A stretch of 63,967 nt of DNA, filler included, from Pelomyxa schiedti (Eukaryota; Protista; Evosea), in NCBI GenBank assembly GCA_020536535.1. It is 11 parts of 11 records of this genome, joined end to end, with 100 filler letters (N's around TTAATTAATTAA, not from the genome) between each part and the next. Parts side by side here need not be neighbours in the genome. Positions count along the whole stretch, not along the records: positions 54,654 to 59,389 come from JAHLWZ010000591.1; positions 59,490 to 63,967 come from JAHLWZ010000209.1; 9 more parts are not named here. One strand, 5' to 3'. This document shows, piece by piece, positions 57,240 to 63,967 of this stretch. The stretch's first letter is position 1. Each line of letters begins with the position of its first letter. A program made the position numbers and the translations under genes. The notes beneath the pieces were generated by a model. It saw only the letters and a program-made list of their open reading frames with translations. It was not told the DNA's origin and ran no database searches.

Positions 57240-58761
57240 GTTTCGACATGCAAGCGGACCACAGCGACGGAAAACGATCGTCAATTGCCCACACGTCTAG
57301 TACGTTTATTATGAACAACAGCAACGGCAGACAAGCTCCACCATCCACCCCCGTAACTACCGGGATCGCAGTGGAAACGTCGGCGACCAGAAGGGCCGTG
57401 GGTGGAGCAAATAATAATGATCGGTCTAACCAACCCACCTGCTCCGCAACACCCAATCCAAATAACGCTAGCAAAACGCGCACCGCCGAGGAACAAGCAG
57501 CAATCGTTTGGGTTCAAAATACCCAACAAACAATCGCTAACTTCCGCTCGGAAAAACCAGACTCCAATATCCTTAACCTTCTACAATCCGCTGCTAACAC
57601 ATTCGCGAAACTACAACCATCCCTTCAAAACGCGGCAATTCCCAAACAAACCTTTGCTGATCTACAACGTGCATTAGAACTAACTAATCAACAACAATAC
57701 ATACAACAACAACTACAATCACAACAACAACCACGGCTGCCCACAGACCACAACAATAGCCCCCCTCAACAGACATCATCAACAACCTCTACCGCCGATA
57801 CAGGGCTCCCATTTCCTGAAGGCCCTGCAAGACTAGGACCCCCATCAAGATTCCCCAAGCCCAACATCCAAACCCCAGCACCCGAAGTCACCCAGCCACC
57901 ACCACTTGAACCCCACCTAGCCAAGATCTACCAAGCAGGGGGAGATCTGTATTCGGACTGCCCCCAATTCTCAACAAGGCATTCTCTAGCAGAACTACGT
58001 CGCTTGAACACCCAAGTAAACCCTCTTCTCCCAACCAGTTATCTCTTTGCTAGGGCTCCATCAGGACAAGACACAAGGCTAAACCTGGATGCAGCCCACA
58101 ATATTATGGACACACTGGAAGCAGAACTCCACCTCCGTGTCTACTTCTGCCACTTCGTGACCAAAAAGAAGTTCTTCTCACTTGCCATTGAACCGACAGG
58201 ATCAGAATTAGACAACCGCATCGAGGTGGTTGTCAATAATTTTTGATACACTTTTATGAACACACTGCCAGAACCAATTCCTGTCTCGTTTATTGTAGAC
58301 CCCCCGGATCATGGGTACATTAACCTCCTGCAGGAGGTATGCCCCATTATTCTGAGTACATATGACAGGTTCTACTGACAGATGAATTTACTTTCGACTC
58401 CGGCAAAACCATATACTGGCACCTACCCAAGATGAAGTGCACCAAGTGCGCAGGCATGAATCACGATGCCGCTAGGTGTCCCTTTGAGTCAGAGGAACAC
58501 CGCAAGACACGCCTACAGCTCTACCCTAAGAACAAAGGCCCCAGCCCCCCAGTCATATATTACAACAGACCAACCCCAACAATCCAACCCACCCATACAA
58601 TCCCCACTAGCACCAACACCCCTCAACCAGCCCAACAATCAACAACCGCTCCCCCAGCCCCCACTGAACTACAACCCCCAAAGCCCTTTGACTTTACACC
58701 CCCAGCCCCCAACATTCCCCCTCCTCCACCTCCTATGATTCCCTTAACTTCCCCCCCAGTA
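57240..58761 (+). mobile_element. LINE ORF1 (gag-like, CCHC zinc knuckle), decayed copy
   Basis: CTKCAGMNHDAARC = C-x2-C-x4-H-x4-C. Premature stop at about 58244 and a 23-bp deletion relative to the next copy. Confidence 0.8.
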
Positions 58762-58861
58762 NNNNNNNNNNNNNNNNNNNNNNNNNNNNNNNNNNNNNNN
58801 NNNNNNNNNNNNNNNNNNNNNNNNNNNNNNNNNNNNNNNNNNNNNNNNNNNNNNNNNNNNN
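58762..58861. other. 100-N scaffold gap
   Basis: Plain N run. Confidence 0.99.
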
Positions 58862-59389
58862 ACAAGGCTAAACCTGGATGCAGCCCACAATATTATGGAC
58901 ACACTGGAAGCAGAACTCCACCTCCGTGTCTACTTCTGCCACTTCGTGACCAAAAAGAAGTTCTTCTCACTTGCCATTGAACTGACAGGATCAGAATTAG
59001 ACAACCGCATCGAGGTGGTTGTCAATAACCTCCGATACACTTTTATGAACACACTGCCAGAACCAATTCCTGTCTTGTTTATTGTAGACCCCCAGATCAT
59101 GGGGACATTAACCTCCTGCAGGAGGTATGCCCCATTATTCTGAGTACATATGACAGGTTCAAACTCAATGGAAGAGTACCTTCTACTGACAGATGAATTT
59201 ACTTTCGACTCCGGCAAAACCATATACTGGCACCTACCCAAGATGAAGTGCACCAAGTGCGCAGGCACGAATCACGATGCCGCTAGGTGTCCCTTTGAGT
59301 CAGAGGAACACCGCAAGACACGCCTACAGCTCTACCCTAAGAACAAAGGCCCCAGCCCCCCAGTCATATATTACAACAGACCAACCCCA
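58862..59389 (+). mobile_element. Further LINE ORF1 copy (partial, frameshifted)
   Basis: Paralogous to about 58073-58577; CTKCAGTNHDAARC. Confidence 0.8.
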
Positions 59390-59489
59390 NNNNNNNNNNN
59401 NNNNNNNNNNNNNNNNNNNNNNNNNNNNNNNNNTTAATTAATTAANNNNNNNNNNNNNNNNNNNNNNNNNNNNNNNNNNNNNNNNNNNN
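59390..59489. other. Artificial contig spacer
   Basis: 44 N + TTAATTAATTAA + 44 N. Confidence 0.99.
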
Positions 59490-59764
59490 GTCATGAAAGT
59501 CTGGAGCTTCTCCAATCTGTCCCTCACGAGTGCTTCCTTGTCGTAGGAGAGCATCGCCACGAGTTGAGCTCCAGTGTTTACGTTTTGAACTCGCTTTGCG
59601 CGAGACTCCGGAAGCGCAACTGGAACTGCCGTGCTGGGCATGGCCTGTGCGCTCTCATCATTGTGGGATGATGTGGATTCACTGGTGTGATGATTACGAT
59701 GACTTGAGGCGTCGGCTGTGGGCATCATCGTTTTGCTTCCTTTGGTTGTTCTTTGAAACGACAA
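59490..59764 (-). CDS. Hypothetical gene 5' part (3' partial)
   Basis: Open frame running into the spacer (MSFQRTTKGSK...LVRDRLEKLQTFM). No family recognised. Confidence 0.4.
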
Positions 59765-59888
59765 CTCTGTGATCGGACCAACTTTTTCTCACTCTTTCGT
59801 AACAAGTTTCTCGAAAAAACTGAGGTGATGATGACTAATTGTGGGTCCACAGACCCCATAATCTGCTTTGGCGAAATCGGTTTGTTCA

Positions 59889-60423
59889 CTAATTGGTTGT
59901 GACTGTGAGCAGACCATAAATCTCGAATCCAGCTATCAAGAGGTGGTTGCTGTCACTTGAGTCGAGACCAGTGATCACCACACGAAACACACTGAACGAC
60001 GAGGTTGGAGTGGGTGGAGCAGCATCCCACGACCCAACTCCGAATCGTGCAACGATTGTCTTGTCATTTGCATGCCTCGTGATGGTTGTCCATGTTGTGC
60101 CGTCGTTTGATCCCCTCAGCTCCCAGTTCCGAATGTAGTTACTGCCGTTGGTGTCGTGCCTGATTGAGTACTTTGACGGCCTCACTGACCCGCCACATGG
60201 TCTCAGGTCCACCTGCCACCAACTGTTCGCCTCATTGGGGGTGTTGTTGCTGCTGTTGTGGTCACGTTCGAGTGCGTTCTGTGGTGCCCCTTGGTTGGTA
60301 CCGGACCACGAGGCGATGACGAGGCCCGAGTTGTGGGGGTTGACATAATTGGGAGTGTGGTTGCCGGGGTTGTGCCTTGGATCGGGAGTGGTTCCCAACC
60401 ACCACATGACACCTTGATGGTCC
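59889..60423 (-). CDS. C-terminal HECTD1-type SUN-like/galactose-binding-fold domain, paralogue of the adjacent gene (5' in gap)
   Basis: DHQGVMWWLGT..YVNPHNSGLV..NSWWQVDL..VRPSKYSIRH..IRNWELRGSNDG..W..FRVV.TG..NHL..GFEIYG. Confidence 0.8.
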
Positions 60424-60523
60424 NNNNNNNNNNNNNNNNNNNNNNNNNNNNNNNNNNNNNNNNNNNNNNNNNNNNNNNNNNNNNNNNNNNNNNNNNNNNN
60501 NNNNNNNNNNNNNNNNNNNNNNN
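60424..60523. other. 100-N scaffold gap
   Basis: Plain N run. Confidence 0.99.
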
Positions 60524-60926
60524 TTGGAGATAAGTAATCAAAGAGAAAGGAAAGGTTGCACAAGGATAATGCACTGTAACAATACAAAAATTTACCTTGC
60601 ACTTGTTTGGTGTGAGGTGGCAGCTGTTTTTTCACAAGGGTCCATATATGTTCTTCACAAAACAAAAAAATTTGCCCCTTAGAAATACCAACTGCCCACC
60701 TTGTCTACATGTTGCAGACTCAAACCTGTGAAAAACAGTGAAAAAACAATGGCCTTTTCCCCATTGGTAAAACAGCCGCCTGGGCAGCTGTTTTATTTTT
60801 TTTCGGCTGTTTGAGGGGTGGCTTTTTTTACAGGAAAGTGACATGGGGAAAAAACAGCCTCCCTTTGACCCAGATATGGGCATGCACTCGAAGGCATGAC
60901 ACAGTGTTTTGGCTTTTTTTTGTTCA

Positions 60927-63900
60927 TTAATTGGTTGTGACTGTGAGCAAACCATAAATCTCAAATCCAGCAACCATGAGGTGGTTGTAGCCACTTTGGT
61001 TGAGACCAGTCATCACCACACGAAACACACTGAACGACGAGGTTGGAGTGGGTGGAGCAGCATCCCACGACCCAACTCCGAATTGTGCATCGATTGTCTG
61101 GTCATTTGCATGCCTCGTGATGGTTGTCCATGTTGTGCCGTCGTTTGATCCCCTCAGCTCCCAGTTCCGAATGCAGTGACCGCCGTTGGCGTCGTGCCTG
61201 ATTGAGTACTTTGACGGCCTCACTGACCCGCCACATGGTCTCAGGTCCACCTGCCACCAACTGTTCGCCTCATTGGTGGTGTTGTTGCTGCCGTTGCAGT
61301 CACGTACGAGTGCGTTCTGTGGTGCTCCACCGTTGGTACCAGACCACGAGGCGATGACAAGGCCCGAGTTGTGGGGGTTGACATAATTGGGAGTGTGGTT
61401 GCCGGGGTTGTGCCTTGGATCGGGAGTGGTTCCCAACCACCACATGACACCTTGATGGTCCCAGTTGCTGCTGAACGTGAACTCGACCGTGGTGGGACCT
61501 GTGGGCCAATTTTAGTTTGATGCACAATGCCACAATGAAGCAAACATCTCATTGCAAAAAAAAAAAAAAAAAGAAGTTGATGAGCGATGAATAACAAACA
61601 ACAGTCACACATAACACATACAACACACTCACCGTTTGTGGTTGAGAGCATCTTGAAGGGGGAGTTCCTTCCGTGGATTCCATTTGACTCGGCCCTCACA
61701 CTCACCATGTATGTGGTTCCCTTCGTCAGCCCACCAACTGTGATCCTGGGGTCACTCCCACATTGGTGTTGTTGTTGTTGCTGTTGTGGTTCTTCTTCTT
61801 GTTGGTTGTTGTTGCGTTGTTCATCATGCTGTTGTTGCCTGGACACAAACACTGTGTATCCTGTCACTCTGTTTCTTGTTGCTTTTGTTGGTGGTGGTGG
61901 AGGGTCCCATGAGAGAGTGAGGGATGTTGGGCTCGCTTGGCATATCTTAGGTTGCCCTGGTGTACCGATTGCTTCTTCTGTTGACATTATTTCGGTGTTT
62001 GTATGTGGAAGGGAGCAAACCAGGAGGGAGAATGACACCCAGTGATGATATTGCTTCACAGCATGCAGTTTTGTCGAGGATGGAAAATACTTCGTCATTC
62101 TCACATGGTTCAAGANNNNNNNNNNNNNNNNNNNNNNNNNNNNNNNNNNNNNNNNNNNNNNNNNNNNNNNNNNNNNNNNNNNNNNNNNNNNNNNNNNNNN
62201 NNNNNNNNNNNNNNNGTGTTTGTATGTGGAAGGGAGCAAACCAGGAGGGAGAATGACACCCAGTGATGATATTGCTTCACAGCATGCAGTTTTGTCGAGG
62301 ATGGAAAATACTTCGTCATTCTCACATGGTTCAAGATTGTGTGACTCTCCCAAAATACTGTCTAATGTCTTTGGTGCTTGGGTTGGGATGGCCATTATGA
62401 AGTAAATACAGTAAAATGGAACCTGAAGGGTCTGAGTGGCCAGTTTCTGGGAACTAATTACAGAAACATCCGATGAAGACTGAATTGCTGCTAGTGAATG
62501 ACAGGAGGACTTTTCAAGATTTTCAGAGATTTGTGTCAACACTGATTGTTGCAAATCCAAATTTTCCACTAGCACACAAAATGAGGTACTTTCTTAATGA
62601 AAGGGAAGGAACCTGTTTTGGTACAAATCTCTACAGACTTAGCTTTGAGAGAACTGATTCGATTTTGCAGTAGCGTAATGAGTTCTGTACCAATCCTGTC
62701 CACTTCTGATTGAAATGTTTCGTGCTTCTAAATAAATTGCGTTTAGAGTTTGCACTAAAACTGCAAATGTGAACGAACTGCTGTCACAGATTTGGCTGTT
62801 TGGACTAGTTCCTGAAGAGCTACATCAATTTTTTTCTTTTGGTCACTACATCTTTTGGAAAGAGCATCTAACTCAGATTTGCTCAAAGAAGCTTGGTCTG
62901 CAAGTTCAAGGAGTTTGTGACCCTATGTGGCAATGTTTTCTTCAGGTGTTACTTTACACAACAAACCTGATGTGAAGTGAATGCACAGATGGAGCACATT
63001 AAATTCTTGCAGTTGACACAATACAACTCGACATCTTTTTTGGGATGTTTGGGGCAATTACCTGGCTAAAATTAGATTATATTCAAAGGTTTTGCTAACT
63101 TACAGGACACCTCTGAAACAGCTTGCTTGATTGGAATCTTTGGATGTCTTTGATGGGCTCCAACCCAACATGCATCACACAGAGGTCCGCAAGTTGAACA
63201 GTATGAAGCTGTTGGCTGCTGGCAGTCCACACAAGCAACTGTACCTACTGTATGAAGTGCGTCACTTTCCACTTTGTNNNNNNNNNNNNNNNNNNNNNNN
63301 NNNNNNNNNNNNNNNNNNNNNNNNNNNNNNNNNNNNNNNNNNNNNNNNNNNNNNNNNNNNNNNNNNNNNNNNNNNNNGCTCCAACCCAACATGCATCACA
63401 CAGAGGTCCGCAAGTTGAACAGTATGAAGCTGTTGGCTGCTGGCAGTCCACACAAGCAACTGTACCTACTGTATGAAGTGCGTCACTTTCCACTTTGTGT
63501 TTTATGATTTTAAAAACCTTTTGCCTGCTCTCTCTGTTGGAGAATCTCCGCGAGGTGTTTGTTTGTTTTGAGTGCCCTATCACACTGCGAAATTGGCATT
63601 GTGGTTACGATCGAACACCTTGCGCATTTCACACCAATAGTTCTTGCGATCTGAAAATCCAATCTAGTCAGTCGAGTAGCAAAACCCTTCCGTGAAATCG
63701 TGTATCATGATACATACGGGATTTAAACCAGTGCCGAGTGACGAGGCAGTGCTTGCGGCCGTAGTTCCTGGCTTCATTGTATCTGAGGATTCCTCGGGTG
63801 ATTTTGTTGGAGTGGTGACCCTCCCAGAAACTGCAGGCAGCGCCAATGCACATTCATCAGCCACGCACCTGAGCACACAATCACGGCACATGATGTCCCC

Positions 63901-63967
63901 ACACTATAACTTCCATCAAAACCCAAACGCGAACCCCAAACCCACACACACACAAAAAAAACATAGG
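60927..63967 (-). CDS. TRIM-like protein: RING (partial) + B-box + helical/coiled region + FN3 + HECTD1-type SUN-like domain (5' partial)
   Basis: GHIMCRDC..CARC; CVDCQQPTASYCSTCGPLCDACW..AHQRH; PGQPK..TSLTLSW.PP..VTGYTV..ITVGGLTKGTTYMVSVRAES; final domain as at 59889. Confidence 0.75.
62116..62215. other. 100-N gap flanked by an identical 121-bp overlap (assembly artefact)
   Basis: 61995-62115 = 62216-62336. Confidence 0.95.
63278..63377. other. 100-N gap flanked by an identical 121-bp overlap (assembly artefact)
   Basis: 63157-63277 = 63378-63498. Confidence 0.95.

Noticed and set aside
5552-59489. Recurrent TTAATTAATTAA motif inside N runs, and ORFs ending in X..LIN
   Set aside because: Artificial six-frame-stop linkers joining contigs. 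Gene neighbourhoods across them are meaningless.
61995-63498. Two exact 121-bp direct repeats flanking N gaps
   Set aside because: Identical length and sequence on both sides of scaffold gaps indicate unmerged k-mer overlaps, not biology.
1-63967. Non-standard genetic code, selenocysteine read-through, tRNA or rRNA genes
   Set aside because: Conserved genes end at standard stops, in-frame stops are explained by introns or decay, and no tRNA or rRNA pattern was seen by eye.

Overview
This is eukaryotic, gene-dense DNA with short GT-AG introns. It is not one contiguous locus. Ten artificial 100-nt spacers (44 N + TTAATTAATTAA + 44 N) join 11 unrelated contigs, and five plain 100-N scaffold gaps occur in the last two. 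The gene repertoire and expanded families resemble an anaerobic amoebozoan such as Pelomyxa (inference from memory, not verified). Recognisable genes: two EF-hand proteins, RBBP4/MSI1, an SPX-SLC13 phosphate transporter, SdhB, a SOS1-type Na+/H+ antiporter, an LRR protein, TLDc, a truncated NSF, a bacterial-type C69 dipeptidase, DeSI/PPPDE, Fes1/HspBP1, RING/TRIM-like proteins and eight members of two expanded lineage-specific families. There is also a decayed Ty3/gypsy pol abutting LINE copies. Best leads: (1) an intron-containing gene made of three tandem phage tail-collar/HxH fibre-tip repeats; (2) a VIT-VWA-mu-homology-domain fusion; (3) a TRIM-like RING/B-box/FN3 protein whose terminal ligand-type domain differs from its tandem paralogue almost only in four clusters; (4) an RPA1 paralogue lacking DBD-C; (5) a tandem dead+active WRN-like exonuclease; (6) sequence signatures of CpG methylation; (7) two fold-back palindromes. 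All domain calls are by-eye motif recognition, and the exon boundaries are manual predictions.
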